Assembly: GCA_949292385.1 (NCBI GenBank)
Contig: CASEZC010000016.1
Coordinates: 1-58,058, forward strand
From: an uncultured Pseudomonadota bacterium
GTDB taxonomy: Bacteria; Pseudomonadota; Alphaproteobacteria; Rs-D84
Direction of reading: 5' to 3'
DNA: 58,058 bases
Positions within the stretch are counted from its first letter, which is position 1; the number at the start of each line of letters is the position of its first letter. Both the position numbers and the translations under genes were made by a program. The notes below the pieces were generated by a model. The model worked only from the letters and a program-made list of their open reading frames with translations, did not search any database and was not told the DNA's origin. Shown here in pieces: positions 47,489-56,311 of this stretch.

Positions 47489-47925
47489 TGCCAGGTTTGG
47501 AAAGAGTTTTTACGGTTACAAGAAATTTATTAAATAACTGCTATTGTATTGTTGATCAAACAAGACCCGGTGAGGCCGTCGCTTTATATCATTCTTTGCA
47601 AAAAGACATAGAGCAAAACGGGCATATAATGTTTGTTTTTAATGGCGCATATAATCCGTTGGGGTTTATAAAGGGAAAAATAAATAAGCTGCATTCGGAT
47701 TTTTTGACATCAGAAATAGAGTTCTTATTCGTTGATAAAAAATATCAATCTGCTGGTATTGGCACCAGTTTGATTCAGGCCTATGAAGATTTTTGCCGTA
47801 AAGAAAACGTTCAGAAAATTTCTTTGTATAGTGCTAAAACTGTTCAGGCAAGGGCTTTTTATGAAAAGCACGGGTATGTTTTGCAGAATGTAAATTATTT
47901 AATGTCAAAAAAATTAGAAAGATAA
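47488..47925 (+). CDS. GNAT-family N-acetyltransferase
   Basis: 145 aa. Acetyl-CoA-binding block VDKKYQSAGIGTSLI and C-terminal ARAFYEKHGY. Start overlaps the rbfA stop. Confidence 0.75.
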   Translation: MPGLERVFTVTRNLLNNCYCIVDQTRPGEAVALYHSLQKDIEQNGHIMFVFNGAYNPLGFIKGKINKLHSDFLTSEIEFLFVDKKYQSAGIGTSLIQAYEDFCRKENVQKISLYSAKTVQARAFYEKHGYVLQNVNYLMSKKLER

Positions 47926-48000
47926 TAAATTCGCTTAAAAACTGATTGCAAAAGCTAATATACTGGTTTATTATTGCCGCATGGGCTTTAGGGTGTGTTT

Positions 48001-49794
48001 ATGAATCAAAAGAATATCAGAAACTTTGCTATTGTTGCGCATATTGACCATGGAAAGTCTACTTTATCAGATAGATTGATTGAATATACTGGCGGTTTGC
48101 AATCGCGCGAAATGAAATCGCAAGTTTTGGATTCTATGGATATTGAACGTGAACGTGGTATTACGATTAAAGCACAGACTGTTCGGTTGAATTATACCGC
48201 AAAAGACGGGCAGGTGTATCAGTTGAATTTAATGGATACGCCTGGGCATGTTGACTTTTCTTATGAAGTTTCTCGTAGTTTGGCTGCATGTGAGGGGGCC
48301 TTGATTTTAGTTGATGCAACGCAAGGTGTTCAAGCACAGACTTTGGCAAATGCTTATCTGGCGTTGGATAATGATTTGGAAATGTTGCCGGTATTGAATA
48401 AAATTGATTTGCCGTCTAGTGATGTTGATGCCGCGCGTGAGCAGATTTCAGATGTTATCGGTTTGGATGCGAAAAACGCAATTTGTGTTTCAGGTAAAAC
48501 AGGGGCAGGGGTGCCGGATTTATTAGAAGAGATTGTAAAAAAGTTACCGTCACCACATGGTGATGAAAATAAACCAACGCGCGCGCTTTTGGTTGATTCT
48601 TGGTATGATTCTTATTTAGGTGTTGTGGTTTTAGTGCGTGTCGTTGACGGAAATTTGCAACGTGGTCAGAAAATAAAGTTTATGGCGACTGGTGCAGAAT
48701 ATACTATAGAAAAAATTGGATATTTTACACCGAAAATGGTCGATGTGGATAAACTGACAACTGGTGAAATTGGTTTTATTATTACGGGTATGAAAACCAT
48801 ACATGATTGTAAGGTTGGAGATACAATTGTTGATGCAAAGTGTTCTGCAGATGAACCTTTGCCGGGCTTTAAACCTTCGATTCCTGTAGTGTTTTCTTCT
48901 TTCTTTCCGGTAGAAGCCGATGATTATCCAAACTTGCGTGACGGTGCAGAAAAGTTGGCTTTGAATGATGCGTCTTTCGTGTTTACAACAGAAAAGTCTT
49001 CTGCGTTGGGATTTGGCTTACGTTGTGGATTTTTAGGCTTGTTGCATATGGAAATTATCAGCGAGCGTTTACGTAGAGAATTTAATTTAAGTCTGATTAA
49101 TACAGTGCCAAGCGTGCTTTATAAAGTCTATCTGCGCGACGGATCTGTAATCGATTTAGAAAATCCTGCTGATATGCCGGATGTTACGAAAATTGCTTCT
49201 ATAGAAGAACCGTGGGTTAGGGCGACTATCATGATGCCTGATAAATATATGGGTGGAATAATGTCGCTGTGTTCCGAACGTCGTGGGGTACAAGAAAATA
49301 TATCTTATATCGGTAATCGTGCGGTTCTGGTATACCTTTTGCCGCTGTCGGAAATTGTTTTTGATTTTTATGATAGGGTAAAATCTTTGTCTTCGGGGTA
49401 TGCGTCGTTTGATTATGTCTTGAACGGCTATCAGGCTTCCGATTTGGTTAAAGTTTCTATATTGGTAAACGAAGAAAATGTAGAACCTTTATCTTTTATG
49501 TGTCACAGAAGTTCTGCAGAAAAACGTGGTCGTCAGATTGTTGAAAAATTAAAAGACCTTATACCAAGACATCAATTTAAAATACCGCTGCAGGCTGCTA
49601 TTGGCGGAAAAATTATCGCGCGTGAAACTATCGCTGCATACCGTAAAGATGTTACGGCAAAATGCTATGGCGGTGATATCACACGAAAAAGAAAGCTTTT
49701 GGAGAAACAAAAAGAGGGAAAAAAGCGTATGCGTACGTTTGGTAATGTAGAAATTCCACAATCTGCATTTATAAACGCACTGAAAGTATCTTAG
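48001..49794 (+). CDS. lepA: Elongation factor 4 (LepA)
   Basis: 597 aa from the ATG at 48001. G1 [21 protein letters not shown], and LepA C-terminal domain ...[24 protein letters not shown]. Confidence 0.95.
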   Translation: MNQKNIRNFAIVAHIDHGKSTLSDRLIEYTGGLQSREMKSQVLDSMDIERERGITIKAQTVRLNYTAKDGQVYQLNLMDTPGHVDFSYEVSRSLAACEGALILVDATQGVQAQTLANAYLALDNDLEMLPVLNKIDLPSSDVDAAREQISDVIGLDAKNAICVSGKTGAGVPDLLEEIVKKLPSPHGDENKPTRALLVDSWYDSYLGVVVLVRVVDGNLQRGQKIKFMATGAEYTIEKIGYFTPKMVDVDKLTTGEIGFIITGMKTIHDCKVGDTIVDAKCSADEPLPGFKPSIPVVFSSFFPVEADDYPNLRDGAEKLALNDASFVFTTEKSSALGFGLRCGFLGLLHMEIISERLRREFNLSLINTVPSVLYKVYLRDGSVIDLENPADMPDVTKIASIEEPWVRATIMMPDKYMGGIMSLCSERRGVQENISYIGNRAVLVYLLPLSEIVFDFYDRVKSLSSGYASFDYVLNGYQASDLVKVSILVNEENVEPLSFMCHRSSAEKRGRQIVEKLKDLIPRHQFKIPLQAAIGGKIIARETIAAYRKDVTAKCYGGDITRKRKLLEKQKEGKKRMRTFGNVEIPQSAFINALKVS

Positions 49795-49812
49795 TTTAAA
49801 AGGGTTTAGGTT

Positions 49813-50205
49813 ATGTTTAAAGATATTATTAGGTATGCTTTTATTGCTCCTTTTTTGTATTTGGGTAAAGATATAAAAGAATATAAAAAGTTGGGGTATT
49901 TGGTAGAAGACGCAAAAATAGAAGCGGATGTTGCACGTGAAAAAATAACCAAGGTTTATTATGGCGATAAAATTGGGTTATCTTGTTTTAAAGTGTGTGA
50001 AGCTTTTGTAGAAAAAAAGAATAATCCAGATTATGAGTTTTCTTTTTCTCAAGAAAGAAAGTGTGTGTTTGTTGATAATTGCGATAAAAAATATTGTCCT
50101 TTTTATCAGAAACGCCAAGAATACGTTCAGCTTGTATCTAAGTTTAGAGAATTGCTTGAGGTTAAAAGGAATTTTTGGCTTAAAAAATTAGAGAAGTTTA
50201 GATAA
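49813..50205 (+). CDS. Small Cys-containing protein, tandem paralogue 1 of 4 (unknown family)
   Basis: 130 aa. N-terminal IIRYAFIAPFLYLGKDIKEYKK. Central C-x5-C-x4-C (CVFVDNCDKKYC). C-terminal KRNFWLKKLEKFR. RBS AAAGGG upstream. Confidence 0.7.
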   Translation: MFKDIIRYAFIAPFLYLGKDIKEYKKLGYLVEDAKIEADVAREKITKVYYGDKIGLSCFKVCEAFVEKKNNPDYEFSFSQERKCVFVDNCDKKYCPFYQKRQEYVQLVSKFRELLEVKRNFWLKKLEKFR

Positions 50206-50222
50206 TAAAAGAGGTATGGTTT

Positions 50223-50615
50223 ATGTTAAAAGGGTTTATAAAGTATTTTTTTGTTGCACCATATAAGTATATAAAAAGAGATATAGAAGATTATAAAGAC
50301 CTAAAGAGAGATATAAAAAACTTGAATATAGGTCTTGTGGACGCTTTGTCGGATATCACTTTTTGCCGTGATGAAGCAGAACCTTCTTGTGGGTGTGTTA
50401 CTAATTATATTTATTATATAGGTAAAGGTCCGGAAATAAAAAGGTTAGGTTATTATAAACGGAGTTGTCCGAATTTTAATGGCAGACCATGCAAAAAAGA
50501 AGAATGTCTTTATAGTTTAGCGAATCATAAGTATTATGGGATTAGGGAAGAATTAAATAAAAAGAAGCAATTAAAAAAGAATTTTTGGATAAATAAATTA
50601 CAAAAAATAAAATAA
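50223..50615 (+). CDS. Small Cys-containing protein, tandem paralogue 2 of 4
   Basis: 130 aa. N-terminal FIKYFFVAPYKYIKRDIEDYKD. Central CPNFNGRPCKKEEC...HKY. C-terminal KKNFWINKLQKIK. Confidence 0.7.
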   Translation: MLKGFIKYFFVAPYKYIKRDIEDYKDLKRDIKNLNIGLVDALSDITFCRDEAEPSCGCVTNYIYYIGKGPEIKRLGYYKRSCPNFNGRPCKKEECLYSLANHKYYGIREELNKKKQLKKNFWINKLQKIK

Positions 50616-50635
50616 AAAAAGAAAGAGTATAGAAG

Positions 50636-51040
50636 ATGAACTTAGTAAAATATGTAATAAAAACACCATTGAAAACAATTTTTAATGAAATTTTAAATTA
50701 TAGACATTTGTCTGAATTGTGTGAGGCAGAACGTAAACGTTGTGAAGATGCTTTGCTGGTTGCAACAAATATTTATAAAGAGAAAAGCGATAACTTCGGT
50801 AAAGATTGTGATGGTTGTTATGTAAAGTGGATAGAAAAAAGAAGAAATGATTTTGATGATGTTGAAGTAAAAGTTCATGATTATAAATGCTCAAAGTTTA
50901 GCATGAATGTTCCTTGTGATAATAAAAATTGCAGATATCATAAGATGAATAATTTGCTGCATGAGTATTTAGAGGAATATGAACATTGCAAAAAACAGAA
51001 GAGAGATTTTGTATATAACATAAACGAAAGAATAAAATAA
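50636..51040 (+). CDS. Small Cys-containing protein, tandem paralogue 3 of 4 (most divergent)
   Basis: 134 aa. N-terminal LVKYVIKTPLKTIFNEILNYRH. Central CSKFSMNVPCDNKNCRYHK. C-terminal KRDFVYNINERIK. Confidence 0.65.
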   Translation: MNLVKYVIKTPLKTIFNEILNYRHLSELCEAERKRCEDALLVATNIYKEKSDNFGKDCDGCYVKWIEKRRNDFDDVEVKVHDYKCSKFSMNVPCDNKNCRYHKMNNLLHEYLEEYEHCKKQKRDFVYNINERIK

Positions 51041-51091
51041 AATTTTGGAAGGAAAGGAATACTGTTTTTATATTTTATAAAGGAAGTAAAT

Positions 51092-51514
51092 ATGTATAAA
51101 TTTTTAAAATATCTTGTCAGTACTCCATTGTCGATCGTCGTTGAAGATTTTAAAGCTTATAACACGATAAGCAAAGAATGTAAGGATTTGCGTCGTGATT
51201 ATGTATCTACAAGAATGGAATTGGTAGCTTTATATAACGCAGAGAAATTTGTTGATAATAAAGATAAAATATCTTGTATATCAAGAAAAATTTATGCAGC
51301 CGAAGATAGGGCTTTTCCTTTTAAAATAAATTCTGTCGTATCGAAAAGTTTTTGTCCTAAGTTTACACCAGCTTATTCTGAAAAGGCGTGTGAATGCAAA
51401 GATTGTCCGTGTGTAGAAAAAAATCATAAATACAATTTAGCAATGCAAAAGTATAATGCTGCTGTGTGTAAGAAAAACGCGTTCTGGGAAGAAAAATTTC
51501 AGAACTTAAAATAA
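51092..51514 (+). CDS. Small Cys-containing protein, tandem paralogue 4 of 4
   Basis: 140 aa. N-terminal FLKYLVSTPLSIVVEDFKAYNT. Central CPKFTPAYSEKACECKDCPCVEKNHKY. C-terminal KKNAFWEEKFQNLK. Confidence 0.7.
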   Translation: MYKFLKYLVSTPLSIVVEDFKAYNTISKECKDLRRDYVSTRMELVALYNAEKFVDNKDKISCISRKIYAAEDRAFPFKINSVVSKSFCPKFTPAYSEKACECKDCPCVEKNHKYNLAMQKYNAAVCKKNAFWEEKFQNLK

Positions 51515-51542
51515 TAACCTTATTTAAATTAGGGTGGAAAAA

Positions 51543-52550
51543 ATGGCGCATCAATTCTTTTTTAACCCGTATATATTAGATAACTTGCCGGCACCAAGTA
51601 AGGGGTTTGATGTCGTGCAAGATTTGTCGGAGCCAAGATTGCGCCTTTATATAACCAGCCGTGGCGTTAAGAGTTTTTTTGTGCGTAAGCGTGTTCATGG
51701 ACATGATAAAAGAATTATAATAGGTAAATATCCAGATATTGATATTGAAGAAGCACGCGCAAAAGTCCCTGAAATTTTAGAACAGGCTTCTAAAAAAATA
51801 CCGATTCGGCATAAACAAATATCTGTTAAAAAATTATTTGATTTGTATTTAGAAAATAAAGTTAGACGTAATTGGTATTCTAAAGATAAGTTAGAACGTG
51901 CTATTGATAGACACTTGGTAAAGCTTTTTGATAAAAAAGTTGCTGATGTTTCTGCTGAAGATGTGTCGGCGGTTATATCTGAAATACAAGGACGTGCAAT
52001 TGCTGGGCGCATGCAAGAATTATTGCAAAGCGTTTTTAACTATGCAATTGATATGGGGTATACAAAGACTAATCCTGTGCGCGGATTACAGAAAATAGAA
52101 CAAACGCGCCGTATAAGACCTTTGAATAAGTCAGGGTTACAAAAGTTATTTGCTGCTATAAATCAGGAAGAAAATCAGACGTTAAGAGCCGCGTTTTTAA
52201 TGCTTATTTACGGGTTTGCGCCAAAATCAAAAATATTTTCTATGCAGTGGCAAGACCTTGATTTTAATCACTATACTTGGAATGGAATGCCTTTGTCTGA
52301 TGCCGCTGTCGTCGTTTTGCAAGACTTGCCTCAAGATGGGGTGTGGGTGTTCCCTGGTAGAGGAATGGGGCATCTTACCGACCCAAGAGTTGCATGGAAA
52401 AAAATAATAGATGCGGCAGGTGTAAAAAATTTGACTATGGATGACGTTTATAAGTTTATGTCACGCAGGTTAATATGGGCTTCTGATAAAGAAGATTTTC
52501 GTAATAATATGAATAATTTAATCGAAGATTTTACTTCGGAAACATTTTAA
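51543..52550 (+). CDS. P4-type tyrosine-integrase homologue lacking the catalytic residues (degenerate or exapted)
   Basis: 335 aa from the ATG at 51543. The N-terminal arm-binding (DUF4102-like) domain is intact (LPAPSKGFDVVQDLSEPRLRLYITSRGVKSFFVRKRV...IIIGKYPDIDIEEARAK). Box I reads LIYGFAPKSKIF instead of LLTGxRxxE. Box II reads TMDDVYKF instead of xHDLRRT. There is no Tyr in the final ~30 residues. Confidence 0.65.
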   Translation: MAHQFFFNPYILDNLPAPSKGFDVVQDLSEPRLRLYITSRGVKSFFVRKRVHGHDKRIIIGKYPDIDIEEARAKVPEILEQASKKIPIRHKQISVKKLFDLYLENKVRRNWYSKDKLERAIDRHLVKLFDKKVADVSAEDVSAVISEIQGRAIAGRMQELLQSVFNYAIDMGYTKTNPVRGLQKIEQTRRIRPLNKSGLQKLFAAINQEENQTLRAAFLMLIYGFAPKSKIFSMQWQDLDFNHYTWNGMPLSDAAVVVLQDLPQDGVWVFPGRGMGHLTDPRVAWKKIIDAAGVKNLTMDDVYKFMSRRLIWASDKEDFRNNMNNLIEDFTSETF

Positions 52551-52555
52551 TTCGT

Positions 52556-52584
52556 TTGTCAAGTTTGTTATCGTTTGTTATAAT
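52556..52584 (+). promoter_or_regulatory. Candidate sigma70 promoter for acpP-fabF
   Basis: TTGTCA, 17-nt spacer, TATAAT. About 87 nt upstream of the acpP ATG. Confidence 0.45.
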
Positions 52585-52671
52585 TTCTTGACACTATGCG
52601 TATAAAATGATAGCTTTTAGTAATGACGCCCATGGTTGGGCCACAAATTTAACTGAAACAAAGGATAAAAA

Positions 52672-52905
52672 ATGACAACTTTTGAAAAAGTAAAAAAAAT
52701 CGTAGCTGAAAAATTGGGTGTTCCAGAAGCAAAAGTTACAGAAGAAGCTTCTTTTGTAAACGATTTGGGTGCGGATTCTTTGGACGTTGTTGAATTCGTT
52801 ATGGAAGTTGAAAAAGAATTTGATATTACAATTCCTGATGAAGAAGCTGCAAAGTTGACAACAGTTGGTGATGCTGTTAAATATATCGAAGCTCATCAAA
52901 AATAA
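52672..52905 (+). CDS. acpP: Acyl carrier protein
   Basis: 77 aa. Phosphopantetheine attachment site [11 protein letters not shown]. Confidence 0.96.
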   Translation: MTTFEKVKKIVAEKLGVPEAKVTEEASFVNDLGADSLDVVEFVMEVEKEFDITIPDEEAAKLTTVGDAVKYIEAHQK

Positions 52906-53041
52906 TCGTTTGTTGATGATTGTTTTACAAGAATATAATCCGTCTGGCAATTTGTTGTTGTGACGGATTTTTTTCTGTACGTTTCCTTTCAAACAAGCTA
53001 TTATATGTATATTGAATCTTTTATATAAAAGGAATTATAGT

Positions 53042-54295
53042 ATGAAAAGAGTTGTTATTACTGGTATGGGAATTGTATCTCCTGTTGGTACTGGTATTGA
53101 ATACGCATGGAAAAATATTGTTAATGGTGTATCTGGTGTGCGCAAAATAGATACTTTTGATACATCTGATTTAGCTTCTCAGATTGCTGGTTTGCCTGTC
53201 GTTGGTACGGAACCAGGACAATATAATCCTGAATCTGTCGTTGATGCACGTGAACAACGTAAAATGGATAAGTCCATTGTTTATGGTGTTGTTGCTGCAG
53301 ATGAAGCGATTCGTGATGCTGGTTTGATTGATTATGATGGCGATAAAAATCGTATCGGTGTTTCTGTTGGTGCTGGAATAGGTGGATTGAATACAATATA
53401 TGAAAATTGTGTAGAGTTATATACAGGTGGACCACGTCGTATAAGTCCTTTCTTTATTCCAAAAGCAATTATAAATATGACAGCAGGACACATATCAATT
53501 AAATATGGTTTAAAGGGACCTAACTTGTCTGTTGTTACAGCTTGTGCTTCTGCTGCGCATTCTATTGGAGAAGCTGTTAGATTAATTCAACATGGTGATG
53601 CAGATATCATGATTGCTGGTGGTGCAGAAGGTGCTGTTGGTAAAATAGGTGTTGCGGGGTTCTGTGCGATGAAAGCTTTAAGTACTCGTAATGATGACCC
53701 TGCTGGCGCATCTCGTCCATGGGATAAAAATCGTGATGGTTTTGTTATGGCGGAAGGCGCAGGTATTTTAGTGCTGGAAGAATATGAACATGCTGTTGCA
53801 CGTGGTGCAAAAATTTATGCTGAGGTTGCAGGTTATGGTTTGTCTGGTGATGCGTATCATATAACCGCACCAGCACCAGGTGGTGAAGGTGGTATGCGCG
53901 CAATGCAGGCTGCTTTGAAAGATGCAAACTTAACTCCTGCAGATGTAGATTATGTTAATGCTCATGGTACGTCCACAGGATTGGGCGACTTGGGTGAGTT
54001 GACAGCTGTAAAAACTTTGTTTGCAGGTACAGATGTTTGTATGTCTTCTACGAAGTCTATGACAGGACATTTGTTGGGCGCTGCCGGTGCAGTTGAAGCG
54101 ATATTCTGTGTGTTAGCGATTCGTGATGGCATCGTACCGCCAACAATTAATTTACAAGATCCTGAAGATGAAGTTGGTGACTTTAACTTGGTACCAAATA
54201 AAGCGCAAAAACGCGAAGTAAAAGTTGCTTTAAGTAACTCTTTCGGTTTCGGTGGGACAAATGCAAGTTTGCTGCTGAAAAAGTTTGAGAAATAA
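53042..54295 (+). CDS. fabF: 3-oxoacyl-ACP synthase II
   Basis: 417 aa from the ATG at 53042 (MKRVVITGMGIVSPVG). Active-site ACASAAHSIG, HGTSTGLGD and SNSFGFGGTNASLL. Confidence 0.95.
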   Translation: MKRVVITGMGIVSPVGTGIEYAWKNIVNGVSGVRKIDTFDTSDLASQIAGLPVVGTEPGQYNPESVVDAREQRKMDKSIVYGVVAADEAIRDAGLIDYDGDKNRIGVSVGAGIGGLNTIYENCVELYTGGPRRISPFFIPKAIINMTAGHISIKYGLKGPNLSVVTACASAAHSIGEAVRLIQHGDADIMIAGGAEGAVGKIGVAGFCAMKALSTRNDDPAGASRPWDKNRDGFVMAEGAGILVLEEYEHAVARGAKIYAEVAGYGLSGDAYHITAPAPGGEGGMRAMQAALKDANLTPADVDYVNAHGTSTGLGDLGELTAVKTLFAGTDVCMSSTKSMTGHLLGAAGAVEAIFCVLAIRDGIVPPTINLQDPEDEVGDFNLVPNKAQKREVKVALSNSFGFGGTNASLLLKKFEK

Positions 54296-54305
54296 TGTTG
54301 TGTAG

Positions 54306-54336
54306 AAAAAAACGCGGGATTCGCCCGCGTTTTTTT
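54306..54336. terminator. Bidirectional terminator between fabF and the acyl-CoA ligase gene
   Basis: AAAAAAACGCGGG-attc(g)-CCCGCGTTTTTTT. Confidence 0.85.
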
Positions 54337-54357
54337 GTTGCTATTTATTTACTAGTT

Positions 54358-56040
54358 TTATTTTTCTTCTTCTTTACCGATACCGATAGTGCTTTTGATT
54401 GGTTCAATGATAGTATTCTTTGCACTGTCTAGTGTACGGATTAAAGCACGTCTGATTTTTCCACTGATTGTCATAGGAAGACTATCTACAAATTCTATGA
54501 CGCGGGGATATTTATAAGACGCTGTGCGACTGCGTACATGGTCTTGTAATTGACGAACCAGAACGTCGTTAGGTTGAAAGTATTTATTTAATACTATCGT
54601 TGCTTTTACAGCCATACCGCGTGATGGATCTGGAATTCCTGTTACAGCGACTTCGCGAACTGCAGGATGTTCTAATAAAACGCTTTCAACTTCAAATGGA
54701 CTTACGCGATAACCAGACGTTTTTATCAAGTCATCATTTCTGCCGACAAACCAATAATAACCGTCCGCATCTTTATAGGCTACGTCGCCAGTATGATAAA
54801 AGCCATCGCGAAATACTTGTGAAGTCATTTTTTCGTTTTTATGGTATCCTTGGAATAAACCGGTAGGTTTGCCGTCTTTTAATGAAACGCATATTTCACC
54901 AACGGTGCCATCTGGAACAGGACGTCCGCTTTCGTCTAATAACTGAACGTTCCATCCAGCCGCAGGTTTTCCCATGCTGCCTGGTTTTGGTTCCATCCAT
55001 TCATTGCAGAATAGCATTACGCATGTTTCTGTTTGACCGAAACCTTCGTGCAGTTTTATCCCTGTTTGCTTTAAAAAGCGTTCATATACTTCTGGGTTTA
55101 AAGCTTCGCCCGCAATGTCTGCTTTCTTTAGTGAAGATAGGTCATATTTACTGAAGTCTGCATGTATTAACATTTTATATACGGTAGGTGGTGCACAGAA
55201 AGATGTTATGTGATTTTCAGATATTGCTGTTAATAAGTCATGTGCTGTTGCAATACCAGAAAAATCAAATACGAATACAGTTGCACCTGCAAGCCATTGA
55301 CCGTACATCTTTCCCCAAGAGCATTTTGCCCAACCAGATTCAGATAGGGTAAAGTGTATGTCGCCATCTCTAAGTCTTTGCCAAAATACTGCTGTGTTTA
55401 TGTGACCTAATGGATATATGAAATTATGTGAAACCATTTTTGGCATGTCTGTTGTGCCACTGGTAAAATATATTACCATCGTGTCTGTGTTTTCGTTTGG
55501 TACGCGTTCCAGTGTGTCAGGCATTTCTGATATAGCTTTTGCTACATCTTCGTTTGATATAAGCTGAATGCTTTGGTTGCTAATCGCATTTTTTATTTCT
55601 GTTAGAATATGACCGTCATCAAAAGCAATTACGGCTTTTACTTCTGCCTGCTGAATACGATATTCAATATCTTCTGTTTTTAATTGGTTCGTAGAAGGAA
55701 TAGGTATTACTCCAAGTTTATGCATTGCAAGCATAAGAATCCAATATTCCCAACGACGACGTAAAAATAATAATACGGTATCGCCTTTCTTTAGACCGCG
55801 AGAAGTTAAAAAATTAGCGGCTGCGTTAGACATTTTTGATAAATCTTTAAATGTAAAAGACTTTTTTTCGCCCGAATCGTTCGTCCATAATAAAGCGACT
55901 TTTTCTGGAGTTTCAATAGCTAATTCATCAATTACGTCATAAGAAAAATTAAAGTTTTCAGGAACTTGAACTTTCCCATTGTTTATATAGTCATCATAAT
56001 CATCAAATTTATTTTTATTTAGAAATTTAAGTGCGAACAT
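54358..56040 (-). CDS. AMP-forming acyl-CoA synthetase/ligase (medium-chain/AcsM-like)
   Basis: 560 aa. AMP-binding motif YFTSGTTDMPKMV, then GFGQTE, YHTGDVAYKDADGYYWFVGRNDDLIKTSGYRV, and C-terminal PMTISGKIRR. Confidence 0.85.
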   Translation of the reverse strand: MFALKFLNKNKFDDYDDYINNGKVQVPENFNFSYDVIDELAIETPEKVALLWTNDSGEKKSFTFKDLSKMSNAAANFLTSRGLKKGDTVLLFLRRRWEYWILMLAMHKLGVIPIPSTNQLKTEDIEYRIQQAEVKAVIAFDDGHILTEIKNAISNQSIQLISNEDVAKAISEMPDTLERVPNENTDTMVIYFTSGTTDMPKMVSHNFIYPLGHINTAVFWQRLRDGDIHFTLSESGWAKCSWGKMYGQWLAGATVFVFDFSGIATAHDLLTAISENHITSFCAPPTVYKMLIHADFSKYDLSSLKKADIAGEALNPEVYERFLKQTGIKLHEGFGQTETCVMLFCNEWMEPKPGSMGKPAAGWNVQLLDESGRPVPDGTVGEICVSLKDGKPTGLFQGYHKNEKMTSQVFRDGFYHTGDVAYKDADGYYWFVGRNDDLIKTSGYRVSPFEVESVLLEHPAVREVAVTGIPDPSRGMAVKATIVLNKYFQPNDVLVRQLQDHVRSRTASYKYPRVIEFVDSLPMTISGKIRRALIRTLDSAKNTIIEPIKSTIGIGKEEEK

Positions 56041-56183
56041 ATTGATAATCCTTTAATTAATAATAAATGCACAAAGAAAAGTATTGCAGATAATTCTTAT
56101 AAGTTAAAGAAAATAATGAAATAAAAACGGTTGATTTTTTGTGCGCTGGGGTGCATAATCCGGCTGTTTTTAATTGGTTGTTA

Positions 56184-56260
56184 CGGAGTGTAGCTCAGCC
56201 TGGTAGAGCGCTACGTTCGGGACGTAGAGGCCGCTGGTTCGAACCCAGTCACTCCGACCA
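56184..56260 (+). tRNA. tRNA-Pro(CGG)
   Basis: 77 nt. Acceptor CGGAGTG/CACTCCG, D-arm TAGCTCAGCCTGGTAGAGC, anticodon stem-loop CTACG-TTCGGGA-CGTAG, T-arm GCTGGTTCGAACCCAGT, encoded CCA. Confidence 0.92.
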
Positions 56261-56311
56261 TTTTAATTTTGTGTTTTACATTCTTTTTTTATTTGTAATA
56301 ATTGTTCAGCG

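Noticed and set aside
49795-52671. Search for att-like direct repeats bounding the paralogue/integrase block.
   Set aside because: Comparing the lepA 3' end and intergenic region (49760-49812) with the integrase-acpP spacer (52551-52671) by eye showed no shared tract longer than a few bases. There is no tRNA at either edge. Island boundaries therefore remain undefined.
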